Assembly (NCBI GenBank): GCA_052168235.1
Contig: JBQLZK010000001.1
Location: forward strand, 256,001 to 320,000
Length of the DNA: 64,000 nt
Direction: 5' to 3'
Source: Thainema sp.
GTDB lineage: Bacteria > Cyanobacteriota > Cyanobacteriia > Phormidesmidales > Phormidesmidaceae
Shown piece by piece: positions 31,001-40,536 of this stretch; the stretch's first letter is position 1, and each line of letters begins with the position of its first letter. Made by a program: the position numbers and the translations under genes. Below the pieces are notes generated by a model that ran no database searches, was not told the origin of the DNA, and worked only from the letters and a program-made list of their open reading frames with translations.

Positions 31001-31513
31001 TTAGCAGCCATTGCCGCTCTCTTGGGTTGTAGCTCCAAGGATGCTCTGGATGACTAGACAGCTTTTCGAACCCGTATCAGGAGTTTCTAACACGATCTTG
31101 TACCCACCATCTTCAACTAGGCTAGGGTCAGACAGGGAGCCGTTATATTCAAACGAGATCGTATCTTGATTATTACCACCAGCAGTCAGCTCAACCATGC
31201 CAGCTTTCAATTGACCGCTGCCCATGACTTGCCACGTCGTCCCTCCATCCAGAGAGTAACTGGGGACACCATTCTGATTGCCTAAGGTAACGCTTTGTAC
31301 CGAACGGGTCGTACGAGCACTGTTTTGAGCATTGCGAATAGTTTGTAGGACATCTTCGCGAACTGTGTTGACTCGTTGACGGTTCATGAGTGCCAGCCAA
31401 CCAGGAGCTGCGATCGCCATGAGGATGGCGATGATAAAGATGACAACCAGAATTTCAATCAGCGTAAAACCTGATTCTGATTCAAAATCTTTAATAGTGC
31501 GTTGTTTTAACAT
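31001..31513 (-). CDS. Minor type IV pilin (FimT/HpsD-like)
   Basis: GFTLIEILVV prepilin cleavage motif. Confidence 0.9.
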   Translation of the reverse strand: MLKQRTIKDFESESGFTLIEILVVIFIIAILMAIAAPGWLALMNRQRVNTVREDVLQTIRNAQNSARTTRSVQSVTLGNQNGVPSYSLDGGTTWQVMGSGQLKAGMVELTAGGNNQDTISFEYNGSLSDPSLVEDGGYKIVLETPDTGSKSCLVIQSILGATTQESGNGC

Positions 31514-31613
31514 TGCTAGCCAGTCTCCTCAGTCAACATCAGCTTGATTGTTTATGTAATTCTGATAGTCATTTAGCAGATAGACTTGTGTATTTGCAGA
31601 ATAAAATACTGCT

Positions 31614-32576
31614 CTATTCCGCAACATCCTTATCGATGACACCGCCGACCAGCACCTGAGACTGCAAGACTGGTAAACGAGAGCTAACATCAAAGCCCCT
31701 GGAATTGCCACCTCGCCGTCCTTGTACATCTCCCTGTAAGAAGACAAAGACATCCTGATTGGTATTTAAAACTTCATCCTCACCTGCGTCATCACCGGCA
31801 GAGGCACGAACACAGGCAAAAAAGCTATCGGATGTCGCTGGCGACTTGGTGTAACCAGCTTCGCAATCGCGGGCTGAACCATCTCCGGGCGCTGCAACAA
31901 AGTCAATTAAAACAGGCGGAGATCCAAGAGTCGGCTCGGTATCTTGTAAATCCTCTCCAGCCGAGTCCAGTGGCCAGCTTTGGAAGCTTACATCTCCAGT
32001 GGGATCAACATAACCTGCTGCCTGACTTAAGTCTGCGACATCATCCTCATATCGGGAGAGTTCATATCGACGAATAACAGATTGTCCTGACCAAGGCGCA
32101 TCTGGATTGGCCTCTTGCAGATACACAATCAGGGAATAAGCACTACGACGCACTAGCAATGTGTCACATGCGGGTTGAGCTTCTTCAGAGACGCTGTCAC
32201 AGTCAATCCCACTTAAATCAGCATCCGTAAAATAGACGGGTTTCCAGAACGCTAAGATCGGAGTCATCCCATCGCCAGCAAAATCGGGTAGACCATCGGC
32301 AATGTCTGCGACATCGTCGTAGACATAGACTGCCTCGCGCAAATCGGTGGTGATGTAGTTCATCGCCAACTGCATTTCACGCTGCGTTTCATTACGAGCA
32401 GATTCACGGGCATCAGCACCGAGCAGTTCGACGACCAGATACAGTAAACCAGACACAATAATGGCGCTGATGATAATCGAGACTAACAACTCTGTTAGGG
32501 TAAAACCTTTGTTATGGTTGCGTCGCCGCGACTTGAGAAATTGGTAGAAGCGGAGTGAGAAAGAATGGCTAGCCAT
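31614..32576 (-). CDS. Minor type IV pilin (PilW/HpsC-like)
   Basis: GFTLTELLV, DLREAVYVY, PILAFWK. Confidence 0.9.
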   Translation of the reverse strand: MASHSFSLRFYQFLKSRRRNHNKGFTLTELLVSIIISAIIVSGLLYLVVELLGADARESARNETQREMQLAMNYITTDLREAVYVYDDVADIADGLPDFAGDGMTPILAFWKPVYFTDADLSGIDCDSVSEEAQPACDTLLVRRSAYSLIVYLQEANPDAPWSGQSVIRRYELSRYEDDVADLSQAAGYVDPTGDVSFQSWPLDSAGEDLQDTEPTLGSPPVLIDFVAAPGDGSARDCEAGYTKSPATSDSFFACVRASAGDDAGEDEVLNTNQDVFVFLQGDVQGRRGGNSRGFDVSSRLPVLQSQVLVGGVIDKDVAE

Positions 32577-32633
32577 AGCAAGAGTAGAAGGTAGTGGGCT
32601 AAGAGCAGAACAAGTTAGACCAATTTGTTTGAG

Positions 32634-33326
32634 TTAGTCTTCCTCGCCATCAAGAGCGCTAAAGGAGTTCGCTGCATCACCACGAGCAACGGTCGTATAC
32701 AGCACAGCTAAGGGATCTGTATTTTGTGATCCGGTGCCGGATGTGAACAGAGCCGGAGCTTGTTGCGTCGTCAGAGTGCCACCGTTGTCGAATGCGAGCA
32801 TTGAGTAAACTCGGACGCCCATATTGAACGCCAAAACCTGGTCGTCTGCATCCCCGGTTCCGGTTTGCCCATCCGTGCGGAAAAACTGAACGGCGTAGTC
32901 ACTATCACCATCGTTGTCGATATCGACTTCGTATGCCTGCCCTGAATTGGTGACATCAGCGCGTTCATCGACTGTGCCAGATGGGGCACCCGTATCAGAT
33001 ACATTGCCAGCACCGACCGAAGGAGGCAGCTCGGTGTTGGCGTAGAGACCGCGCTCAACAATTAGATTGACTCGGTCAATCTCGGCTTGAGCCAACTGTA
33101 AAGCCTGCTCCATCCGCTGATTTTGAACACGAGTGGCAACAGACAGAAAAATGGGCGGAGTAATGATCGTGACGGTAACGACGATGACCAAAATCGCCAT
33201 AATACATTCGAGCAGGGTTAGCCCATCTTCGGTAGAGGGAGACAGAGACTGCTCGCGCAGGGATCCGCTGTCACTAGATCGTCTTGACCAATACCACAGT
33301 AGTTTGAGTGCCGTTGCCTTGTTCAT
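32634..33326 (-). CDS. Minor type IV pilin (PilV/HpsB-like)
   Basis: GLTLLECIM, ATRVQNQRMEQALQLAQAEID. Confidence 0.88.
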   Translation of the reverse strand: MNKATALKLLWYWSRRSSDSGSLREQSLSPSTEDGLTLLECIMAILVIVVTVTIITPPIFLSVATRVQNQRMEQALQLAQAEIDRVNLIVERGLYANTELPPSVGAGNVSDTGAPSGTVDERADVTNSGQAYEVDIDNDGDSDYAVQFFRTDGQTGTGDADDQVLAFNMGVRVYSMLAFDNGGTLTTQQAPALFTSGTGSQNTDPLAVLYTTVARGDAANSFSALDGEED

Positions 33327-33367
33327 GTTGCTCGTTCTCCTTTAGCGGTGCGCGTGACTTGAACTGG

Positions 33368-33404
33368 GATGTCACTGATTTATGTTCGGTAAATCAGTGA
33401 CATC
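33368..33404. other. Intra-operon stem-loop between hpsA and the next pilin gene
   Basis: GATGTCACTGATTTA...TAAATCAGTGACATC, 15-bp arms. Confidence 0.7.
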
Positions 33405-33418
33405 TAGCTTTCATTGGG

Positions 33419-36400
33419 TTATTGCAGTCTGGTGATATACGGATCATCAGACGGAAGCTCTCGATAGAACTCGCTGCGGTTGCTGCTCAAGGTGACAAAT
33501 CGTCGAGCAACTGGGGCAGCAGGCGCATAGAGCAAGCCGACATCATAACCCCAGCGTCTATTTGGTGCGCCGTAGAAGTTGAAAGATGCGTTACTTGTAT
33601 CAGGATCGGCATCCCAAGGAGCTGTGGCATAGGTGCTGAAGTTGAGCTGGAAGAATGCACCCGCGAAATTGAGGTCTACGTTATCCCAATTCTCAGCTAG
33701 GTGCGGCAGGTTGTGCAATCCACCATAGGATTGTCCCGAACGAGACGGCACAACTCCGGTTACAACAGTGGCATTGACGAAAATTTCATCACTGGAAGCT
33801 AGATCGACTAAGTCATCAAGCCGAGTGTTATCTGTGACAGAGCGGAACTCGTTACCATCGCCATCACCGTAGGCCGTTAGTTCTGCGGCACAGGTTCCAT
33901 TTGCTGCAAAGCCACCACCGCAATAGAGAGGATAGCCGTTGCGGTTAAACATAATTGGCAACAGGTTGATGTCTTGGGATGCAATGTTTTCATCTACGTC
34001 ATTGTCAACATATGTGAAGGCACCATTGGCAGCCTCATCATCTTTATCGAAGTATCGCAGTATAGGATCTGATTTCTTTGACCCAATCATCGCTATGGTT
34101 CTACCACCCGGACGCTCACGATACCAATTTGCAGTAGGAACAGCGACCAAATCGGGCCGACGCATCGCCATATACGACCGATTTGCAAGACTGCTATTGA
34201 ATGCATCTTCAATTGAACCGCGTCCCTGACCATTGAAGTCGTTATCAAATACATTTGAGAAGAAACCAACCGCATCGCCCAAGACTTCAACGGGTCGCCA
34301 ATGGTCTTCATCTGGGTCAGCAAAGTTTTCGTTCAAATCTTCCCGACCATAGAACGTGTTGCTGTAATTACCAGCATTGTTTAAGTTGACGTTTTCCATT
34401 TTCTCGTCAAACTCTTCAATGATGGCGTTGCGGGTTCCATCGGTACTGTGCAGATTGAAGTCGCCTTTGATGTAGACGGAGTTGTCACTGACAAACGTCA
34501 TACCAGCCAGGTTATCGCGCTTGAGATCTGCACCTCGCTCTAGCATGAAACCATGCGGACGACGGTCTGGTTCCGCCTCAAAATCAACCGCTTTTCTGCT
34601 GATCTTGTTGGCACTTTCAGTGATGTCTGGGTCATCAGCGGTTGGCCGAACAATTTCATCCTCCCGTACGGCATCTTCCCGGAAAGCGTAGATGATTGAA
34701 CCTAGCTCGTTAACATCTTCATCATCTCGGATGAAGTCACCTTCACCATCGTCGGTTAGTAAGTCGAGATCGTAGGCCAGCAGACGCGTGTTCATCAATT
34801 CACGACCGTCGTAGAAGTTGTGATCCATGAAGGCGACAGCCACGCTGGTGCCGTTATCGAGAATCACGTTGGGTGCATTCGTGACGGTGGTCGAACTCGG
34901 CAGATCCCAATCAGAACGAGCACGCGGCTCAATCATGATGGAAGCGAAGCTGCCTGCACGATCAGTACCCGCTCCATACACATCATCCGGATCAACAACC
35001 TGATAGGTATAACCATCGATTGTGTCTGCATCACTGACGTAAGGATCAGCAACATACTCCTCCATTGCTGGTTGGGTATGATCAACATCAACAGAAACGT
35101 TGCCACTGGCAGTAACCACTGTAAATGTATCAACGCCACCAGCCAAATCATGATCAGTGACTGGGAAGAGATAATACAAAGCCGGATATTTAGGTGGAGG
35201 AATAACAATCTTATCCTGCTGAGAACAGAAGGCTAGAGCAAGCCCCACTGCTTTGGAGTCGAGACCGCCACCACCACCAGAAAATGCTTCATGAAAAATA
35301 TCAGGATCACAAGCTGTCACGTACTGAGTACCAGAGGTGGTTTGAACGCGGCCTGTTTCCGGATTCCAATAAACAGCGTCTGTGCCATCCCCATCTGGGT
35401 ATTCAGGAAAAGTAGCTTTGAAACCATAGGTGCGATCGCGTAAAACCTGGTTCGCGGTCTGGATTCGCTGCAGCTTGACTTGGAAAGTGGCAAGCCTGTT
35501 GAAGTCATTGGTGATTTGAGTAGTGATACCGCCACCACCGCCTGCATCTGCGATCGCAGCTAGCCTCACTTCCTCAGGCGTGAGATAGATTGGCGCACCA
35601 TCTACCGTCTTACGGCCTAGAGTTTGGTAATAATCACCTGCATCACAAGCGCGATCGTAGGTTGTTAGATTATCAGTTGCACATCCTGCAACCAGGCCCG
35701 AATTGTCAACCGTATCTTGCCCTTCTGCGGCCCATTGAGTCGGGGTTCGAATAGCTGCGGGATTAGCCAAATAGGCGGGTTGAGCTACATCAGAACCATT
35801 GACGTTGCCATCACCATTGTTATCAAAGTCATTCGTGATGCCTCTAGCCTGGTTAATTCTTACCCGGGGCTGTTTGGTGTTACTGCCGTTGGCATATATT
35901 TCGCCGTTTGACTCGTTCCCGTCAAAGAGAGACTCAATTCTGTTGCCAATACTGACCATAGAGCTGAGTTCTTGTGACGTGAAGAACGTCAAATCATCAT
36001 TGTCTAGATTGGCGGCTCTGTCTAACTCCAGGGTGTAGGCCAACATGCCAAGCGTACAAGTAGCCGTATGGAGAGTTGACTTGTCAGCGATGCTAAGGCT
36101 GCTGTAGCTGGTGCCTTCATCTAAGATGCGGCGCAGCATGGAAAAGTCACCCCACATCTTCATATATGGATAGGGATGAACCTCACTGTCTTGAACAGGA
36201 GTGAAGGATGGAGCACCACCTTCTGGATCACCTGCAAAGTGAGCCAAATTTTCTAAGGCACGACGCAGTGGACCAGAGCTATAGGCTGATGAAAATCCAG
36301 CATCGGTGTACGGGAAATCAAATTCCCAACCATTAGTACCTACACCTCTGAGAAAATCGATGTTGTACGCTGTTTGTACGCCTGCTTGTGTGGTATCGAA

Positions 36401-38395
36401 GTCAACATCTGTATCAGGCGCAAAATCACCGTTACTATCAAACTTAGCTGTATTGAAGATTTTGCTATTTTCAATGGTGCGCTTTGTAGCCGGATGACTG
36501 GTAGAAGCAACGCAAGCCAGAGGTACTGCACCATCCTCATGGTCATACCGATAAACCGCCATTGCTTGAACCGCCGCTAGATTGTCCCAAAGCGTCCGGT
36601 TTTGCGCAATTACATCAGTATTGTCGTCATCACTGTAGTCGTCTGAACCATCTAATCCGTCTAATAAGTTGGGCGAGGGATAGAGTGGTTCGGGCAAAAA
36701 GCCGCCATTGTAGGTTGCATCGATGACACCGTCACCATCCAAATCAGCATCCGGGATTTTATCGTTGTTGCGATCCAGATCGGCTCCTTGCCAACCAAAC
36801 GCATTACCCAGTTCTAATCGTTCACCCACAATGGTGCGTATTCCAGTAGCTGTCGCACGGCGCTCCCAGTAACCATCTAGACCAAATTCAGCCGTATCAC
36901 CACCTGTATTACCTGTTAAGTCTGAGCGGCTGGTAATTGGATTACCAATTTCCTCACCCATTGCAATGAGGTTGAAGCTATCCGGATTTTGATCTTTGTA
37001 TTCAGGTTTGGGGCCGTAACGGTTGTCTGCCCGGAACGTGTCGTCCAGGAACGGAATAGGAGTTTTGCTGTTGATCAGACGGTTTGCATTCAGGTCTTTA
37101 CCTTTCCAATTAGCCTCATCATAATCCCAGCTACTACCCATTTCAGCCCGTGAAACAGACTCATTTTTAGTAAATAAGTCAAATTCATTTAGGGCGATTT
37201 GGCTAATCAGGCCATTCGTTGATTGAACAATAGAATCTGTGCCAGGTTTAAGCTGCGACTTATTACCTGTGTCTGGAGTTGTTGGGTCAAAAAGATGAAA
37301 CTTAGCCGTGCCATTATCATTGCCAAAGGTATCTTGACCAATGACTCCATTGATAAACTGGCCTTGAAAATCAGGATTACCTGGGTCATTCACATATTCT
37401 GCCGTTGTAATCTCTGATGCTTCCTTGCTGTATACGCAGGAATTGGGCGATGAAACCAAATGGGCATTGATTCTATCTTTAGCGATGATGCTGCCTTCTG
37501 AGTGCATCGCGCCGTTCCACATAAAGTTTGGACCTGGAAAAACTTCCAAGTCAGTTCGGAACCACGCTCCCCACTTGTTGCCTCGGCTAGCCTGTCGGTC
37601 TTGCTGAAATTCTAAGGCTGCTACTCGATTGTTATTGGGATCTTTAACGTAGGCATCAACCTGGAAAACCCGCCGAACATTAGCCGTATCGACTGGATAC
37701 CATCCACCTTCTGGGTCACGAGAGAAATCAGCGCGAGCGCACCTACGACCCAACTCTTCCATACTGATTGGGCCGTTGCGGACAACGTTATTGGCCGCTT
37801 TCTCTGTATCAGAGCTTGAGATTGTCACTCCCCCATTTTCATCGTCTACCAAAATTGAGTAGGTAACTGTATTCCCCTGCTCATCGGTAAATTGCCAGGT
37901 GAGATCGGTGGCGTCGCCCACAATCGTCTCATCATTGAATGTGTACGGATCACCATCCAAAGCCGGGATACCGTTTTGGCCATCGTTCGCCATCATACTG
38001 ACGAGCACATCACTAGCAGGTACACCGCCAGGGAAACGCACATCATTACTAAATAGCTGTTCGATCTTGGCTTTAGCCCGATCAATCGCAGGCGTTGCTG
38101 CATTTTGGATAACCCGCTGCTGCCGCTCGGTGACAACATCAGACGTGCGGCTAAAGGTACGGAACGTCAACGCTCCAACCGTCAGCGCCACAACCAGTGT
38201 GAGCAACACCGCAGTTGGTAACACAAAACCAGCGTTCGCCCAATTGGGTGAACGCCGATAACCCCGCTTAGCCCGAACGGCACGGCGGATAAACCAAGTT
38301 GCGATCGCAGATGCAATGCGCTGCGGTATAGAAACCAGGAGTCGTAACAGCTCCTGCGCAGATCGAATTAGACGACGAATAGGACGAGTAAACAT
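33419..38395 (-). CDS. hpsA: Large PilX-like protein, HpsA family (hormogonium polysaccharide/pilus locus)
   Basis: AGFVLPT pilin-like N-terminus, PAIDRAKAK, NKWGAWFRTDLE, GGLHNLP, RRWGYDVGL; first gene of a four-gene minor pilin cluster. Confidence 0.82.
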   Translation of the reverse strand: MFTRPIRRLIRSAQELLRLLVSIPQRIASAIATWFIRRAVRAKRGYRRSPNWANAGFVLPTAVLLTLVVALTVGALTFRTFSRTSDVVTERQQRVIQNAATPAIDRAKAKIEQLFSNDVRFPGGVPASDVLVSMMANDGQNGIPALDGDPYTFNDETIVGDATDLTWQFTDEQGNTVTYSILVDDENGGVTISSSDTEKAANNVVRNGPISMEELGRRCARADFSRDPEGGWYPVDTANVRRVFQVDAYVKDPNNNRVAALEFQQDRQASRGNKWGAWFRTDLEVFPGPNFMWNGAMHSEGSIIAKDRINAHLVSSPNSCVYSKEASEITTAEYVNDPGNPDFQGQFINGVIGQDTFGNDNGTAKFHLFDPTTPDTGNKSQLKPGTDSIVQSTNGLISQIALNEFDLFTKNESVSRAEMGSSWDYDEANWKGKDLNANRLINSKTPIPFLDDTFRADNRYGPKPEYKDQNPDSFNLIAMGEEIGNPITSRSDLTGNTGGDTAEFGLDGYWERRATATGIRTIVGERLELGNAFGWQGADLDRNNDKIPDADLDGDGVIDATYNGGFLPEPLYPSPNLLDGLDGSDDYSDDDNTDVIAQNRTLWDNLAAVQAMAVYRYDHEDGAVPLACVASTSHPATKRTIENSKIFNTAKFDSNGDFAPDTDVDFDTTQAGVQTAYNIDFLRGVGTNGWEFDFPYTDAGFSSAYSSGPLRRALENLAHFAGDPEGGAPSFTPVQDSEVHPYPYMKMWGDFSMLRRILDEGTSYSSLSIADKSTLHTATCTLGMLAYTLELDRAANLDNDDLTFFTSQELSSMVSIGNRIESLFDGNESNGEIYANGSNTKQPRVRINQARGITNDFDNNGDGNVNGSDVAQPAYLANPAAIRTPTQWAAEGQDTVDNSGLVAGCATDNLTTYDRACDAGDYYQTLGRKTVDGAPIYLTPEEVRLAAIADAGGGGGITTQITNDFNRLATFQVKLQRIQTANQVLRDRTYGFKATFPEYPDGDGTDAVYWNPETGRVQTTSGTQYVTACDPDIFHEAFSGGGGGLDSKAVGLALAFCSQQDKIVIPPPKYPALYYLFPVTDHDLAGGVDTFTVVTASGNVSVDVDHTQPAMEEYVADPYVSDADTIDGYTYQVVDPDDVYGAGTDRAGSFASIMIEPRARSDWDLPSSTTVTNAPNVILDNGTSVAVAFMDHNFYDGRELMNTRLLAYDLDLLTDDGEGDFIRDDEDVNELGSIIYAFREDAVREDEIVRPTADDPDITESANKISRKAVDFEAEPDRRPHGFMLERGADLKRDNLAGMTFVSDNSVYIKGDFNLHSTDGTRNAIIEEFDEKMENVNLNNAGNYSNTFYGREDLNENFADPDEDHWRPVEVLGDAVGFFSNVFDNDFNGQGRGSIEDAFNSSLANRSYMAMRRPDLVAVPTANWYRERPGGRTIAMIGSKKSDPILRYFDKDDEAANGAFTYVDNDVDENIASQDINLLPIMFNRNGYPLYCGGGFAANGTCAAELTAYGDGDGNEFRSVTDNTRLDDLVDLASSDEIFVNATVVTGVVPSRSGQSYGGLHNLPHLAENWDNVDLNFAGAFFQLNFSTYATAPWDADPDTSNASFNFYGAPNRRWGYDVGLLYAPAAPVARRFVTLSSNRSEFYRELPSDDPYITRLQ

Positions 38396-38756
38396 AGTTC
38401 CTCTTTTGGCAATGACCCAAAGGTGAACGGACTAAAAAGTTGGGTAACTAGATTAAAGGTGAGTAGCTAAATAAGACAGATCATCAGATGATGATTAAAA
38501 GCAATTGTGATTCAGAACCAAATTTAGCGCACATCATTGATAACGAATAACGAGCACTAGAGTTTGACAGTGAGCCCGCCCGGTTCGACTTCCAAGATAA
38601 ACAGATATCTGGCTGAGTCGGTGCGATCTGAGTCACTTGAGCCGATATGAAAGTTCACGTTGGACGCAACTGTTCTATCAGCTCTCGGGCAGAACATCAT
38701 GGCTCTCATCGGTTCTGTTGATCGAAATCTTTACGAATGTGAAGTTTATACCTTCA

Positions 38757-38769
38757 TAAGATTACCCAC
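38757..38769 (-). promoter_or_regulatory. Possible SigF/SigJ-type promoter of the pilin operon
   Basis: Minus strand GTGGGTAATCTTA contains GGGTAA, the SigF element known for cyanobacterial pilin genes. Confidence 0.4.
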
Positions 38770-38807
38770 TTCTTCTGATGGATCGATCATTAAATATACC
38801 TAAAAAG

Positions 38808-38834
38808 AAAAGCAGGAGATAACCTCCTGCTTTT
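38808..38834 (-). terminator. Terminator after rpmB
   Basis: AAAAGCAGGAG...CTCCTGCTTTT. Confidence 0.7.
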
Positions 38835-38932
38835 TCAGGTCTCCGTATCGATACGGAGAAGAAGTATAGATATCTTGCTGAAGCGGTTCAAAAATAGGCG
38901 GATTTGGCTAGATGCCTCAGTGCGATCGCAAA

Positions 38933-39169
38933 TTAGTACTTGTTTAAATCGATACCTGCTTCACGAGCAAACTGATCAATTCCTTTTTTGTGAAGCGTCT
39001 TGATCGCCTTGGTAGAGATACGTAACTTTACCCAACGATTACCCTGTGGCCACCAAACCCGCTTTTCCTGCAAATTGACTTCTTGCAGCTTCTTGGTTCG
39101 GCGATGAGAGTGTGAAACAGCATAGGCATTATTTGCCTTCTTTCCGGTCAACTGACATTTGCGACCCAT
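38933..39169 (-). CDS. rpmB: 50S ribosomal protein L28
   Basis: [10 protein letters not shown]...VSHSHRRTK. Confidence 0.99.
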   Translation of the reverse strand: MGRKCQLTGKKANNAYAVSHSHRRTKKLQEVNLQEKRVWWPQGNRWVKLRISTKAIKTLHKKGIDQFAREAGIDLNKY

Positions 39170-39315
39170 AACGCGCTCCAGTCTTACTTACTACAACTTA
39201 AAAAACAAACGCAGTTTTTTATCATAGCAGATTCATCATAAGGGTCTTAATGTGATTGCTAGAAACAAGCTGTGTTAGGTGTTCTAGCGTGTATAGATAG
39301 AGGATTGGGTGAGAG

Positions 39316-39370
39316 TTGGGTTCGGGGTTTTGGGTTCCAGGTGTTAAGTTCGGGGTTTTGGGTGTTGGGG
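39316..39370. repeat. STRR-like heptamer tandem repeats
   Basis: TTCGGGG/TTTTGGG/TTCCAGG-type 7-mers. Confidence 0.6.
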
Positions 39371-39475
39371 AGGTGGCAATTTGGTTAAGGTGAAACCGAC
39401 GGAGCGACCAATATTGTAGAGAAAGGATTATCATAAGGTGCCAAGCTCTGTAACCCTCGGCAATTGCGATCGGTC

Positions 39476-40240
39476 ATGCGACAACAGCAAGCCATTCTAA
39501 TCAGCAGTATTGTTTTCCTAAGTTTTTGTACAAGCTGCAATTCGCGTAGCCCTGAAGCCACGGCAAATGCTCAGGTTGGCGATTCTGATTCTGCTGATTC
39601 TGCTGATATTGTTGCTCAGTCGGCACAGCCACCTACTGCACCTCAGGATTTTTCGCCCGCTGCAACTAGCACTCAAAGTAGCGGCTATCCCGTTGCTCAA
39701 GCCGAACGCTCAGCCAATACGAGCTTCTACTGGGAAAATTTTCTCTGTGAGACCGCTACTTACGAGATTGAAATTTTAGGATCTGCTGCACAACCCAGCA
39801 TGGTGGTGCGATCGCGCAATTCGGGCGTGGTGCTAAATTCTCCAGCCGATGTCTTGCGCGAGAAGGATGATTCGCTGGTATTTACCAGTCTGCGGGGCGA
39901 AGCAACTTATTATGTGACGGTTTATCCCAACACTAATACGTGTAACCTGCAAATCATGGGTGCAAGTGGGTCTGAGACCGTCAGTGAATCGGGGCGGTTG
40001 GTGCCGCGTGGTGGCCCAGATGATACCAATTTAGATGCTTATCGCTTGGGCTATCAGCAGGGATTTAAGTCGGGATATGAATCTGGCTTTAATTACCGCA
40101 AATATAAATATGGCTACTATCCAGATTCAGCTTATCGCCGTCCGTCCTATGGTGATGAAGGATACGCCAAGGGCCATCGGGACGGATTTTATGCTGGATT
40201 CCATCAGGGTTACTATTCCGTAGTAGAAGGAATGTGGTAA
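39476..40240 (+). CDS. Hypothetical lipoprotein with Gly/Tyr-rich C-terminal repeats
   Basis: Hydrophobic leader ending in ..TSC; GYQQGF/GYESGF/GFHQGY repeats. Confidence 0.7.
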   Translation: MRQQQAILISSIVFLSFCTSCNSRSPEATANAQVGDSDSADSADIVAQSAQPPTAPQDFSPAATSTQSSGYPVAQAERSANTSFYWENFLCETATYEIEILGSAAQPSMVVRSRNSGVVLNSPADVLREKDDSLVFTSLRGEATYYVTVYPNTNTCNLQIMGASGSETVSESGRLVPRGGPDDTNLDAYRLGYQQGFKSGYESGFNYRKYKYGYYPDSAYRRPSYGDEGYAKGHRDGFYAGFHQGYYSVVEGMW

Positions 40241-40350
40241 GCAACTAGGTGCTCACTGTGAACGACATTCATTTCCCTGGGCTGATAGAGTCGAGAGTGA
40301 AGTTTTGTATCATGCCTATGAACCCCATCTTGGCAACTGGATTTTGTCTC

Positions 40351-40440
40351 TAGCTGTAATCAGCTCAGTTAGGACACGGACGTTTTGTGGCGCGGCGACG
40401 CCGCGCCACAAAACGTCCTAACCAAATATGGCTATCGCTG
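40351..40440 (+). repeat. Palindromic repeat family A copy
   Basis: TAGCTGTAATC...GGACGTTTTGTGGCGCGGCG-A-CGCCGCGCCACAAAACGTCC...GGCTATCGCTG. Confidence 0.82.
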
Positions 40441-40536
40441 TATTTGAAAACTCCGGTTCCCAGTATGGGTTGATACAAGGTTCATCGCTTTATATCTGTT
40501 ACATACTTGTACGCTTGTGCTTAGGAAAGGAGGCTT

